From: Giardia intestinalis
Taxonomy: Eukaryota
Reading direction: 5' to 3' (one strand)
DNA: 64,000 nucleotides
Assembly (NCBI GenBank): GCA_000002435.2
Contig: CM018790.1
Below are positions 31,344-41,785 of this stretch, one piece after another (position 1 is the first letter of the stretch; each line of letters begins with the position of its first letter). The position numbers were made by a program, and so were the translations under genes. The notes below the pieces were generated by a model, which searched no databases, was not told where the DNA came from, and saw only the letters and a program-made list of their open reading frames with translations.

Positions 31344-34300
31344 TCAGTGCACATTTCTGCGATCTTTAAATATAGCACATGTACTATCGTACAGAATTAG
31401 ATAATATAAAGCACACATTGCTGCAGAAAAAGCACGAATGTGTTCTTTTAGCTTGACAACAACAATAATTAACGTTTGGGCCGTGAAAAGAGGGGTGTAG
31501 CGTATCCCATTGAGGAGTTGCCAATCAAAGTCTAGACCATAGTCCCACACGACTTGTGGATAAGCATCGACAGTCAGTTGGGTCTCTTTTATACCGGCTG
31601 AGATCATGCTCGCAAGCCTATTTATAGAGGCCTGAGTAAGGACTCTGAACTCTGGGAGGGACGTAGCTCCTGTTAAAACAGAAGAATTTGCAAACAGAGA
31701 CAAGAATTCGTCTGTCTGATATGCTAGCATGTTTCTGAAGTCCTTGTTGCGTCGTGTTTCATACCCTAACTCTGGCCGTTGATACAAAAGGTGCCCCTTT
31801 ACGTAGTTGAAAAGATAGTTCATTGCAGGTAGTCTATAGTGGAGCTGAACGTTAAGGAATGCGTTATCTAACTCTAGTAAGTATTGGTGTATGTCTTGCT
31901 CCGTGAATTCAGTCAGCTGCCTTTTGCTAGGACTCTTATCATAAATATCCATTAATGCAGACGCAGACTCCGATGATATTATTGATGTGAGCTGGAGGCA
32001 ATAGGGGAGGTCCTTTAAGTGCTCGTCTAGAAGCTCTTGGACCCCAGTGAATGCCCCGTGGTGTGCTAACAAGTAGGGAATCATGTAGCAGCTGTCAAGG
32101 AGGCGAGCAAAGTCACTAGAGCTCTGAGGAACCGTTGCCATTCCCCTATGGGTGCTGCCATAGTTTCCTCCCAGTATGTGCCCTTGAACAGTGAGCGGCT
32201 CGTCATCTGCATCCAGGATCCGTGCTCTTAGGTCTAAATCGAGTGAAGAATCCCCGTTCTTCGTACTACCTATTAACATATACACTGCAACAGCAATTCT
32301 GCGTACAGCAGTAATACTGGAAGATAAACTTTTTCGCATAGAGTTGACAACGGTGCCTATTGGTTCGAGAGCTTTCATGTACAAAAGAGATGCAGTCATA
32401 TCCAATATTCGAAGCGATCGCTTGATCAGATTGTTCTCTATTAACCTTAAAAGTATGTCTAGATACGCGCAGATAAATCCTATCGTATTATAGATGTAAG
32501 AGACAACCAGAGTGATAATGTTCGTTGTGTTAACACCCATCATATGCTTGTATGGTTCTTTTGGGGTAGAATAATACTTTATCAATCTGTTGTGGATCTC
32601 CTTGGCCTTACAGAGAAGGCACCGGGAGTGTGCATTAGCAAGTTCCTGCGTGTACCTCACAAGCCCAATATCTCTGAGCAATGTAGTGTTGCGATATTTG
32701 GGGCTCGCTGCTCCAAGTCTGTGTTTCAAATAGTACTGCATGAAAGTTCCATTCGCGGAGATTAGACTGTAAAGTGCATTGCCGATTGTTTTAACGTCGT
32801 TAACCTGTAGGTCTATCTTGAATAATGCATCCATTGCAGCGGCTGCATCCAGTTTAATGGCCTTTGCCATTAAGATGGCACACCCAGGATCCTCAACCCT
32901 ACAGAAATTAGCCAGCAGGGTAGCTGCAAGGTAAATGTGAGCTTGCTTCTTCACATATTTAGTATCTGTATTTCCATACATGGTGAGATTTGGGAGGAGG
33001 CACTTGTCTCTTCGTACGCTCCAAGCTCTAAGGCTAGATTCATTATGAACTGCATTGTGAGTACAGCTATGCTTTGCTGCTTCCAGTATCATCTTCACCG
33101 CGTTCTTCAGGCTTGTGTGGCAGCCGAGCATTCCGTTGGCCAAGTAGGCACTTAAAAGTTGCCTCTTCTTTGAAGCCTTGCCAGTGGTCAAACACTTAAC
33201 ATATTGTGAGATGTAATCTCTTGCTACAATTCTGCGAGCAGCAACGTTCCAGACGTTGTTTCCATGGGTAGAGTTGGCGAAGTGACTGCCCTGACCGGTG
33301 TATAAGTAGTAGCCTGATGCAATCTGTCCTCCCAGGTGGCCCACATTAGCAGAGTGGTTTGCTAAGTAATTGGCAAATTGTGTGTTAATGGGTGCACCAC
33401 CATACAAATCTAAGCTGTTAGTAGAGCAGTTCCGATAGATTGATGCATTCAATTGCTTGAAGCGGTGCTCAATCAATGCAGCCATTGACGGGCTCCAGAG
33501 ATAATTAAGCCCAAATGAGCGAACGCTAAACTCAGTGACCTTTCTGGAGAGAATAAGACTCAGATAGAAGGATGACTCGAAGCTGCCAGAGATTGACGCT
33601 ATGTCTAATGCCATGATTGCTTCGAGGGTCCTCGGAAGAGCTGCGTCGAGAGTGCTGATTCTTTTTATGGTCGTAAACCCAATGAGCCTTGCAGGTATAA
33701 AGGAACGTGTGCCAATGCTGTGCAAAGTCGATGAACTAAGATTCAAATAATGTGTAACAGGGTAGATGTGTGCCTCAGGGTTGCCATAGTGTATGTAATC
33801 CTCAGTAGGCATGCGGAAGCCCATTAGTGTCTGGTAGGCCAGGCCGGCCAAGCCCATATGGCAGCCCTCGTGCACTGCCATAAGGTAAAGAATGCGGGTT
33901 GCTTGCAATATGAAGGTGCTTGACATATATTCGTCGGGAACGGAGTGTCCACTAAAGAGAGAGGATGCAATTATTCCGAACGCTTGGCCACGTCGTGTGC
34001 ATGTTTCCTGGGGAGATCGCATAAACCACGGGCTATGCATAAGTGTCTCTGCATACTCTTCATATGAGACGTTGACACGTTTCTCCAGTTCCTGGTGGAT
34101 GGTGTGCACAAACGGGACAAAGTGTCTGCTTTGGCGCAAGTAGATTGTGATTGCTTCTCGTATGAGCGTGCTATTAGATGTTTTAAGATTGTATTCTGGG
34201 TGAGATAAGTATTCAGAATATGTAATATTTGCGGGAAACCCAAAGACTTCTGGATATTCTGCAATAAGAAGGGCCTCTGATGCGCGGACAATCTGAACTA

Positions 34301-35159
34301 TCGCCTCTATATATGCATGGTTACTGAGAGCAAGATTTGCCTTGTATTTGTAGAGGTCTAAGTTAGGGATTGTGTCTATTACTCGATAAAATCCATCCGG
34401 ATGGCTGTTAGAATTGGAGGGATTGAGATATTTTTGCAACCTTGTATTAACTAGTGTCAGATCAAAAAGATCGGGCTCTTCGTTCTGCCCTGTCCCATCA
34501 ACAATGGCGGCTATAGCTGCAAAGCGAGCCAAGAACAAACTGCTCTTTGGGAATCCATAGTCACCTGTCAAGAAGCACGAAAGCACTAGTAGCGCTTGTC
34601 CAGATTCCGGATTTAAGCCTGCTTCGTCTAACATGAACTCCCTTTCCGCTGAGGACATGGTTTCAGATTCGTGCTTAGAGCCGTACTTAGCTATCTGCAG
34701 TGGATCTACATTAGTATATTCATAAGGGTATGCATGCTCGGCCCCAGAGGCCCATGCGTCTATGAGATTATGATAAAGAAAGTGTGCTACCGTATCGGTC
34801 TTGGGATATCCAAGAACTCCACGATGATATGCATGTGCAAGCAACCCAGTAGCAAGGTTATTGTTTCCCCTGGATGCAAGCGCAAGGTGTAGTTGACCCA
34901 GTGCTGTATCTTGTGGCTCATTGAGGCCTAGTAGCTTGGCGACGGCACTGATGAAATATTGGATAGAGCGGGTCTCTATCAGAGCATTATCCCTCTTATC
35001 TACCATATTGAATGCAAGCTCATTCCCAAGAACTGCCGCAAGCGAGTGGAGGGTACGCGTGGTCACGGATGGAGGTGTAGTGTTGTCTCCTGTGAGTTTA
35101 GACTCATTTTCGCCACCAGCGATCGCCACAGCAACCAGGACCAAGGGGAGAAGCAGCAT
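31344..35159 (-). CDS. Large (1271 aa) hypothetical protein with N-terminal signal peptide.
   Basis: ATG verified at 35157-35159. MLLLPLVLVAVAIAGG signal. Long uninterrupted ORF with Giardia-like codon usage. No recognisable domain by eye. Confidence 0.6.
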   Translation of the reverse strand: MLLLPLVLVAVAIAGGENESKLTGDNTTPPSVTTRTLHSLAAVLGNELAFNMVDKRDNALIETRSIQYFISAVAKLLGLNEPQDTALGQLHLALASRGNNNLATGLLAHAYHRGVLGYPKTDTVAHFLYHNLIDAWASGAEHAYPYEYTNVDPLQIAKYGSKHESETMSSAEREFMLDEAGLNPESGQALLVLSCFLTGDYGFPKSSLFLARFAAIAAIVDGTGQNEEPDLFDLTLVNTRLQKYLNPSNSNSHPDGFYRVIDTIPNLDLYKYKANLALSNHAYIEAIVQIVRASEALLIAEYPEVFGFPANITYSEYLSHPEYNLKTSNSTLIREAITIYLRQSRHFVPFVHTIHQELEKRVNVSYEEYAETLMHSPWFMRSPQETCTRRGQAFGIIASSLFSGHSVPDEYMSSTFILQATRILYLMAVHEGCHMGLAGLAYQTLMGFRMPTEDYIHYGNPEAHIYPVTHYLNLSSSTLHSIGTRSFIPARLIGFTTIKRISTLDAALPRTLEAIMALDIASISGSFESSFYLSLILSRKVTEFSVRSFGLNYLWSPSMAALIEHRFKQLNASIYRNCSTNSLDLYGGAPINTQFANYLANHSANVGHLGGQIASGYYLYTGQGSHFANSTHGNNVWNVAARRIVARDYISQYVKCLTTGKASKKRQLLSAYLANGMLGCHTSLKNAVKMILEAAKHSCTHNAVHNESSLRAWSVRRDKCLLPNLTMYGNTDTKYVKKQAHIYLAATLLANFCRVEDPGCAILMAKAIKLDAAAAMDALFKIDLQVNDVKTIGNALYSLISANGTFMQYYLKHRLGAASPKYRNTTLLRDIGLVRYTQELANAHSRCLLCKAKEIHNRLIKYYSTPKEPYKHMMGVNTTNIITLVVSYIYNTIGFICAYLDILLRLIENNLIKRSLRILDMTASLLYMKALEPIGTVVNSMRKSLSSSITAVRRIAVAVYMLIGSTKNGDSSLDLDLRARILDADDEPLTVQGHILGGNYGSTHRGMATVPQSSSDFARLLDSCYMIPYLLAHHGAFTGVQELLDEHLKDLPYCLQLTSIISSESASALMDIYDKSPSKRQLTEFTEQDIHQYLLELDNAFLNVQLHYRLPAMNYLFNYVKGHLLYQRPELGYETRRNKDFRNMLAYQTDEFLSLFANSSVLTGATSLPEFRVLTQASINRLASMISAGIKETQLTVDAYPQVVWDYGLDFDWQLLNGIRYTPLFTAQTLIIVVVKLKEHIRAFSAAMCALYYLILYDSTCAIFKDRRNVH

Positions 35160-35258
35160 GAATGTCCTGTGGCTTCAGAAGGCTTCTCTTTTTTAACTAT
35201 TTTTAAGAAATTAAGGAGAGAGGGGAGATTGTCAGTTTCAGAGCTAAAGATCGACTCG

Positions 35259-36911
35259 ATGAGTAAGAAATTTCGCATTATGGACCCATCAGAGTCTCGG
35301 GAGGTTATTATGACCCAGAGAAAACCAGAGGATGACCCTGGAAGACAAACTTTTCATGTAACGAAAGCATCTTTGAGTACCCCCGCTTCCTTGCCATTGG
35401 ATGCTGCAGAGGCGGCCAGATCTAAGAGTAATAAGTACATCCTTTCTACGCAGACATTCTCTACCGAAACCCCGTTAATTGCACGCAAAACCGTCATTCA
35501 GCAACAGCAAGACACACCCCATGATACAAAGAGCAAGAAATACAGACTCTTGACGACGGAAGAGCGCCAGGTTATTGCAAACACACCAAAACGAGACTCC
35601 AGTGTCAAATTTAGGCCGGCATCTGCACGCACACAATCTTTATACAAAACAGCTTATAGCCTGGTTGGAAACATAGAGACCATTGCTACACAGGATCTTC
35701 AGAGCCCTAAAGGCAGCAGCAGTGGTGCTACTCGAACTCCACGAACTGCCGGAGTCATTGTTGAACACTCGACACCTCTAAACTACCACGTGGCAGCGGA
35801 GCAACAGGAGCCCCAATATTTCCGTGGTCTTTCTATTCCCTACGGCAGTCGGACGACTGCACTGACAGCAGGATGCACCGTCGAGCCAGTAAGTCACATC
35901 TGTTCAGTCAGTCCTGCAGTCATTGAGAACAATACACTGCACTTGACATCTCACCTGTATCGACAGAACTCTACTAACAGAGCACTGGGGGATGCTACTG
36001 CAACATATGTGGGCAACCTGTCCGGTAGCACTGCTCTAGCCAAGGGTGCTGCACCGGCAGGTGATTACGCACTCTCCTTTCAGCGGTCGAAGCACTCTGT
36101 CTCTACGCAGAGATCTACATCTACAAAGAGTCAGCCAGACAAATCTGATGCAGGAGTTCCTGGAGCTGCTTCAAACAACTCTGCTGGCCCCTTTGGCAGC
36201 TCGAGCGGCGGGGCTAGTGGACCAGGCTCTGCTGTGGTATCTCTGAAAGCAGCCTCACGGCCTCAGTCAGGTTCTGTAAAGGCAAAACCAGTCGCACCCA
36301 TGAGCCTGACAACCAGTCTCACCTTGGGAGATGGCGCTATTGCATCTTCTACTTTAGCAGCTTCTCAGCGTGGAGCTATACCTGAATCTGATGACGCACC
36401 GATTACTACGATAAGCTACCAGACCAAACTCCAAAATCCGTATGCTCCACAACAGCGTACTGCCGGCCAGACTGGTGAGCTTCTCAACATGGCCAATGGC
36501 ACCGTGATAGCTACCTATACAGAGACAGGAGACGCCATAGAGAACTTCAGTTCTGACTCACGAAGCCCTGCTTTGGTAAAGAAGCGATGCCTGCCAACAT
36601 ACAACTATGTGGAGCTGCTCAAGAGCCAGCGTACCCTAGAGTTTGTGCCGTCTCCACCAGATTCTCCTAAGCCTGGGGAAGCAAACCCACGAGAAGTTAC
36701 CGACATTATTTACACAGGCCCCTCTTTATACTCACAGTACTTGGCGTCACAGGTAGGAAGCGGTGGAATAAGGGCGGGCGCCAGGGAAAAGTCTCTTCTG
36801 CAGAACCTCAAAGTTCAAGCCGATGTACTTAGACGTCTCAAGAAGAAGAATGCTGACATACGCAAGAATACAAATGACTTGGCCATTAGCCTGAATTTCT
36901 TCAATGACTGA
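35259..36911 (+). CDS. Hypothetical Ser/Thr/Ala/Gly-rich low-complexity protein (550 aa).
   Basis: The first ATG that does not overlap the upstream divergent gene is at 35259, verified. The track ORF begins at 34959 inside gene 31344-35159. Compositionally biased (SSSGGASGPGSAVVSLKAASRPQSGS...). A 99-bp divergent intergenic with the AT-rich run tttttaactatttttaagaaattaagg. Confidence 0.5.
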   Translation: MSKKFRIMDPSESREVIMTQRKPEDDPGRQTFHVTKASLSTPASLPLDAAEAARSKSNKYILSTQTFSTETPLIARKTVIQQQQDTPHDTKSKKYRLLTTEERQVIANTPKRDSSVKFRPASARTQSLYKTAYSLVGNIETIATQDLQSPKGSSSGATRTPRTAGVIVEHSTPLNYHVAAEQQEPQYFRGLSIPYGSRTTALTAGCTVEPVSHICSVSPAVIENNTLHLTSHLYRQNSTNRALGDATATYVGNLSGSTALAKGAAPAGDYALSFQRSKHSVSTQRSTSTKSQPDKSDAGVPGAASNNSAGPFGSSSGGASGPGSAVVSLKAASRPQSGSVKAKPVAPMSLTTSLTLGDGAIASSTLAASQRGAIPESDDAPITTISYQTKLQNPYAPQQRTAGQTGELLNMANGTVIATYTETGDAIENFSSDSRSPALVKKRCLPTYNYVELLKSQRTLEFVPSPPDSPKPGEANPREVTDIIYTGPSLYSQYLASQVGSGGIRAGAREKSLLQNLKVQADVLRRLKKKNADIRKNTNDLAISLNFFND

Positions 36912-37006
36912 TCCCAATTCCTAATGTAAATATGTACGTGCATATTGCCTTATTAATATTTGTATAAAAGCATGGTTAGAACGCAGAAATGCATTTGTGC
37001 GAGAAG

Positions 37007-40000
37007 CTATATGACTTCGCTAATTACCAACTCATTATTATCATCCTTCTCGTCACATGTGCCAGTATCTTGAGTGTGTGCACCCTTCTCTACGCTACTC
37101 TGACTCTTAGAGTTGAAGAGGGACGACCCGGGTGCATCGCCGTCCAGATTCGGGGCGATATCACTCATATTGCTTGGGCCAGGCTCCTTTACTTCGCTGT
37201 CCACGTCGGCCTCGTGATCCACAGCTTCAGTACCCTTGTGAAGCATACCCACAGACGTCTCGTGGAACGTGTCTGCATCGGGTACAACATGCTCCCTTCT
37301 GGATGGAGTTTGGACAAGTGTGTGAATGCGTGAGATGTCAAGAGAAGCGTTACTGACTAGTGTGCCAATGTTGAGTCCCCCAGCCGCATTGAATTTCTGA
37401 CTCACCTTAGAATCTCCATCAGTGCGAACGACGCTCTTCTGGAGCGGAAGTTGCTGGATTTTATCAGGCGTGTCTCCAAGAATTCGTGCAATCATTTGCT
37501 GAGTGACGCTGGACAGCACACCCGTAGAGAATGTCCTATGGTGTACATCTTTGGCATGATCTCGAGGGGCTCCCTCTGTCCTTGCCTTGTGGTGCATCCG
37601 TGCAGCGAGCATGTCTGATGACACTTGGTTGGCCTGGTATAAGAACGAAGACTGTCGTTGCTTATTGCGCCGAAGACCCGCTCCCATCGGCGGTTCTGTG
37701 AAGAGGACGGATGCTGTGGCGTTGGCTCGTAGATTCTGTTTGTGTGACAGCGTATGACCTGTCTCCCTATCTCGAAATGAATCTAGCCCTGAGCGCCCCA
37801 TTACCCCACTAGGAAGCAAATTCATCAGAATGTCAGATGGAAGATCCTGCTTATTACAAACCTTAAATAAAACACTTGGGTCATTGTGATCTTGGATTGA
37901 TAAAGAGTCAAAGAAATTCCTTGTCCCGGTCTGGTAGGCGTAGATAGATGGTTGGTGAGAGAGCTCAGTGTCGACAAACGTGTTGATAATTTGAGAGTCG
38001 GTAAGGCCAGATTGCTGCTGGTCCCCCGCAAAGGTACTTGTGAACAGCTTCTCAAAGGTATTATTGTCCAGCAAATTCTGACGATTGACAGCCTTTCCTG
38101 ATTGGATCTCATCCTTTTTTTGAGTTTTGTAAAGAGGACTTGCAAATGTGACCTTATCTTGCCGATCGAGTTTCACAGCGGCACTAGGTGCCTTAACGTT
38201 TAAGACAGAGGAGATTCTAGCAAAGCCAAAATCGCTGCTGAAGCCACTTGCAGGACAGGGGAGTCCCTCTATAGCATCCTGAGTGTCAGCTAGACCAGGT
38301 GCAGTATCTAACAGGGGATCGAGGGCAGCGGGGTTAAGATCGGTGCAGCCGTCAGTGTCTTCATACACCGACTGCTGGGGCTTCTCTTTAGATGCACTCA
38401 TCAAAAGGACATTAATGGCCCGAGATTCGCTAGCACTAAGGGCAGGCATGCCCGTCGAAAAGGATCTATCATCTCCTTTGTCGATACGAACCTCTGCATC
38501 GTCGCTAAGCTGTGCCTGTCGCTGGGTTAGATAAACCACCTCGGGGCCTTTGTTTATTACTGTAGATAGAAGCATTGCTGAGGGTTGATGCTCTCCGTCT
38601 CCGACGGACACATTGAGGGCCGAGCTTCCAGAAAGTAGACTGGGTGGAATTGGGCCGTTACTATTTGTAAGTAAGTACTCATAAATGCCTGCCACAGTTT
38701 TACCTTCCATAGCCAACAGAGCTGAGATTTTGCGGAGCTCATATATCTTTGCGTCGAACACAGAGGACCCATGTGCTGTAGGCCCTCGGGCCTCAAAAAG
38801 CATGGACGATGCGTCTCTGCGTGCCTGAAGATCTATCGGAGGTAGTTGGTTATTGGGTTGCTGTGTAGAGACGCTCTCTTGGCTGATATTCTCTGAACGA
38901 TCAATTGGACACACAAGATCATTTGCTGCTTCGCTGATAGGAGGGGCGCACCGGCTCGCCATGAGTTCAGAATCCTCAGCACTCTTTATGAGATTTTTTT
39001 TGAGATTTTTGAAATCTCGCGGAGAGTTTTCCTGACTAGAAGAGAGGCGTTCGGGGACATGTTGAAGGCTAGAATGTGTGTAATTAGAAGCTCTGTTTGT
39101 AGAAGCGCGAAGAGACAGCGATGTAGTCGCTGTTGAAGGGGCTGGCGTGCATAGTGACCCCTTGATGGATCTTAGATGGGGTGTCACACGGATGCTACTT
39201 CCCACAGACGAACTTCGACGAGAATCCATGCTGTACATACGCTCTCCGTCGAAGAGTCGACAGCATATAGAAATGGGAAGAGCAAGGGACGGATGCATGG
39301 GACAGAGCTTGCCCAAGCCTGGTAGGGTAACATTAAAGAGGCTCATGGCCGCGAGAGAGAAGAACGTGTGGTACTCATCAGGGTAGTTTTCTGGCCTGTC
39401 TGCAACACCGGACACCTTTGGGTTAATACAAACGGTAATGAAGCGTAACAGCGCGTCGATGTTGAAGATCATCTTTGCCTTTATATTATCAACGCACTTC
39501 TCATCCCACTCAGCAGCACGACTGTTATTTGCGTTAAGAAGGTAGTCGAGGAGGATGTAAGCAGGAGACCCTATCCACCAAGAATAGCATGTGTCCGGCT
39601 CCTTATCAGGTCTACCACAGAGACCCCCGTTAGCACATTGCCTATTAGATAATAGAAAGAGGCTTCTCTGGATATTTGGTATCAAGTGCAGACTGTCCAG
39701 CAGGTGCATAGTTGCCACGCAGCAAAATGTTTGTCCACCGTGTGACTCGTCCCCGGGGGTAGTTCCGAAGCCACCATCTGAATTCAAACACCGAAGAAGG
39801 TAGGAGCGAAGGGCATCTACATCTATCAAGTTATTCAAATGAAGCCCAATTAGAGAGGGCACCCGTTTGAGTAAGATTGTGAGACTGAGAACTGCACAGT
39901 AGCAGAACCGTGTATCTCTCTCCTTAGTGTAATCTCCATAAAAGCCTCCATCTTCTGCCTGTAGATCGATAATGGTGTTGGCCAAGGTAACACCAAGTTC

Positions 40001-40399
40001 TGGGGAAACGGTTTCTGAAAATTTGTTTAACAGGAGCAGACACTGCAGTCCTGAAGTTGTATGCACCAGGTGCATGTCATGACCCGGGCTGCCGCTGAAT
40101 CCTGCTATTTCACTCTGATTTCCCTTTGTGGGTTGCACAACCAGACAATCCTTGACAAATTGATGCAGGCGATCAATAGTAATCACTGTGCCAGGAACCA
40201 GTTGCTGCAGAAATACGTCCGTAGGCTGTCGTCCATGTAATATAAAGATAGAGCAAAGGACCCAGTAAAGACCGGAAAGCTTGGTGTGAGAAAGACCTAC
40301 TAACTCCATTAGCGTAGGATTCTGTATCTCCTCCATCTGGCCTATTAGGAAGCGCAGCATGAGGGTCTTCAGACCGTCCTTAGTCATTCCCTCAGTCAT
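37007..40399 (-). CDS. Rab geranylgeranyltransferase (protein prenyltransferase) beta-subunit-like domain fused to an approximately 750-aa low-complexity C-terminal extension.
   Basis: The N-terminal 370 aa carry the prenyltransferase alpha-alpha toroid repeats (EDGGFYGD..RDTRFCYCAVLSL; NSDGGFGTTPGDESHGGQTFCCVATMHLL; QCANGGLCGRPDKEPDTCYSWWIGS; GVADRPENYPDEYHTFFSLAAMSLFN). The frame stays open for another 750 residues rich in S/T/Q/D. ATG verified at 40397-40399. Confidence 0.7.
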   Translation of the reverse strand: MTEGMTKDGLKTLMLRFLIGQMEEIQNPTLMELVGLSHTKLSGLYWVLCSIFILHGRQPTDVFLQQLVPGTVITIDRLHQFVKDCLVVQPTKGNQSEIAGFSGSPGHDMHLVHTTSGLQCLLLLNKFSETVSPELGVTLANTIIDLQAEDGGFYGDYTKERDTRFCYCAVLSLTILLKRVPSLIGLHLNNLIDVDALRSYLLRCLNSDGGFGTTPGDESHGGQTFCCVATMHLLDSLHLIPNIQRSLFLLSNRQCANGGLCGRPDKEPDTCYSWWIGSPAYILLDYLLNANNSRAAEWDEKCVDNIKAKMIFNIDALLRFITVCINPKVSGVADRPENYPDEYHTFFSLAAMSLFNVTLPGLGKLCPMHPSLALPISICCRLFDGERMYSMDSRRSSSVGSSIRVTPHLRSIKGSLCTPAPSTATTSLSLRASTNRASNYTHSSLQHVPERLSSSQENSPRDFKNLKKNLIKSAEDSELMASRCAPPISEAANDLVCPIDRSENISQESVSTQQPNNQLPPIDLQARRDASSMLFEARGPTAHGSSVFDAKIYELRKISALLAMEGKTVAGIYEYLLTNSNGPIPPSLLSGSSALNVSVGDGEHQPSAMLLSTVINKGPEVVYLTQRQAQLSDDAEVRIDKGDDRSFSTGMPALSASESRAINVLLMSASKEKPQQSVYEDTDGCTDLNPAALDPLLDTAPGLADTQDAIEGLPCPASGFSSDFGFARISSVLNVKAPSAAVKLDRQDKVTFASPLYKTQKKDEIQSGKAVNRQNLLDNNTFEKLFTSTFAGDQQQSGLTDSQIINTFVDTELSHQPSIYAYQTGTRNFFDSLSIQDHNDPSVLFKVCNKQDLPSDILMNLLPSGVMGRSGLDSFRDRETGHTLSHKQNLRANATASVLFTEPPMGAGLRRNKQRQSSFLYQANQVSSDMLAARMHHKARTEGAPRDHAKDVHHRTFSTGVLSSVTQQMIARILGDTPDKIQQLPLQKSVVRTDGDSKVSQKFNAAGGLNIGTLVSNASLDISRIHTLVQTPSRREHVVPDADTFHETSVGMLHKGTEAVDHEADVDSEVKEPGPSNMSDIAPNLDGDAPGSSLFNSKSQSSVEKGAHTQDTGTCDEKDDNNELVISEVI

Positions 40400-40749
40400 T
40401 CCAATTGCAAAAAACGGAGTAAATTTTTCATTAGATATGACCAGTGTCTGGTGCTTAGACGGCTTCCTGATATTCGCGGTTCTATTCGTTTGTTGCTGCA
40501 GTTACATCGCCAGGATGCCCCGGTTTAAATCGATTGTCTTCCAGGAGAAAACTGGCTTTCGGGGGACCTTGTACAAGAGCGCAGTTATTGGCCTGCGGTT
40601 GCATTACGCCATTAGTATCATCTGTCTTCTTCTGGGCCTGTATCGCCTATTCTTTTGAGTCTTTTTAGGTACACATGAGTAAATTGTCTCTATGGCATTT
40701 CAAACACTTCATTAGGAATGCACGCTGAGCGCTACCGTTTACTACAAAT

Positions 40750-41655
40750 CTAGACACCTAGCTCGAAGAGCATCACCCTTCCATCGTCCCCGCCCGTTGC
40801 GAAGACGCTTCCGTCCGGGCAGAAAGATATACAGTTCACCCCACCTTCGTGTCCACGGACGGTATACAGAGAACGACCCTGCACAAGGTCGAGGATGCGG
40901 GCTGTGCCGTCACTGCCAGTAGATATCATGTATTTGCCGTTGGGGTGGAAGTCCAGGCATGTCACTTGATTGGTGTGACAGGAGTAGTGCTGCAAAAGGG
41001 TACTAGACCGCACATCCCAAAGCTGTACGTCTTGGGTACAGCCAGTAGCCACTGTTGTGCCATCTGGAGACCACCGTATGACGCGAGGATTCAATGAGAG
41101 TCCGTTGTCGTTGGTGATGGCTTGAACGCAGCTCAGAGTACGCGTATCCCAGATGCGCAAAGAAAGGTCGTCAGAAACAGAAGCTATCAGACGGCCATCT
41201 GGGCTGAGCCGAGCACTGTAAACCCAGTTTGTATGTCCACTGAGGCAGACTCTAAACTGTACATTAGTTGTATCGAAAAGCTTGATAGATTTATCGTCTG
41301 AGCAGGTGACAATAGTTCTCCCATCGATAGAGAAGCTGACATCTCGGATACGTGCTGTATGAACCTTGCGAAAGATGCTATTACCATGTATATTAGGGGT
41401 CCATAGTCTAACGGACTTATCAAAGGAAGCAGTGGCCAAAAGACTCTGTGTGGGACAGTATGCGGAGCCCACTACAGTATCGTTGTGCCCTACAAACTTA
41501 AAGGCTCTGATTGGTGGAGTGAGATTCCATATCATGATTGTGCGATCATCACCTGCGCTGCTCAGCTGCCGCGACTCTGCCTCAAAAGAGCAGGTACGCA
41601 CAGGCTTTGACGAGCCCTTGAAGCACTCGATGAGCGTTGGTGGTTCCACAACCAT
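40750..41655 (-). CDS. WD40-repeat beta-propeller protein (301 aa).
   Basis: Seven WD-like units (GHNDTVVGSAYCP, LATASFDKSVRLW, SGHTNWVYSARLSPDG, ATGGDDGRVMLFEL etc.). First ATG is at 41653-41655 (the track start is a TTG), with an AT-rich initiator gtaaaaattgatcttttg. Confidence 0.75.
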   Translation of the reverse strand: MVVEPPTLIECFKGSSKPVRTCSFEAESRQLSSAGDDRTIMIWNLTPPIRAFKFVGHNDTVVGSAYCPTQSLLATASFDKSVRLWTPNIHGNSIFRKVHTARIRDVSFSIDGRTIVTCSDDKSIKLFDTTNVQFRVCLSGHTNWVYSARLSPDGRLIASVSDDLSLRIWDTRTLSCVQAITNDNGLSLNPRVIRWSPDGTTVATGCTQDVQLWDVRSSTLLQHYSCHTNQVTCLDFHPNGKYMISTGSDGTARILDLVQGRSLYTVRGHEGGVNCISFCPDGSVFATGGDDGRVMLFELGV

Positions 41656-41687
41656 CGTAGAATGGAAGAGCAAAAGATCAATTTTTA

Positions 41688-41722
41688 CTCTTGACTCCTG
41701 GCTCTTGACTCTTGACTCTTGA
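41688..41722. repeat. Imperfect heptanucleotide tandem repeat (CTCTTGA), 5 units.
   Basis: ctcttga ctcctgg ctcttga ctcttga ctcttga, read directly from the sequence. It sits in the 5' flank of the WD40 gene. Confidence 0.8.
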
Positions 41723-41732
41723 GATCAAACCG

Positions 41733-41774
41733 GGCCAAGGCCAAGGCCGAGGTCAAGGCCAAGGCCAAGGCCAA
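41733..41774. repeat. Hexanucleotide microsatellite (GGCCAA), 7 units.
   Basis: ggccaa ggccaa ggccga ggtcaa ggccaa ggccaa ggccaa. It ends 12 nt from the UBC9 stop codon, so it lies in the UBC9 3' UTR as (UUGGCC)n. Confidence 0.8.
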
Positions 41775-41785
41775 AATCTATCCAC

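Noticed and set aside
34959-35258. The first 100 codons of the track ORF 34959-36911.
   Set aside because: They overlap the 5' coding end of the divergent gene 31344-35159. The first ATG past the neighbour's start is 35259 and has an AT-rich initiator. The upstream portion is treated as non-coding.
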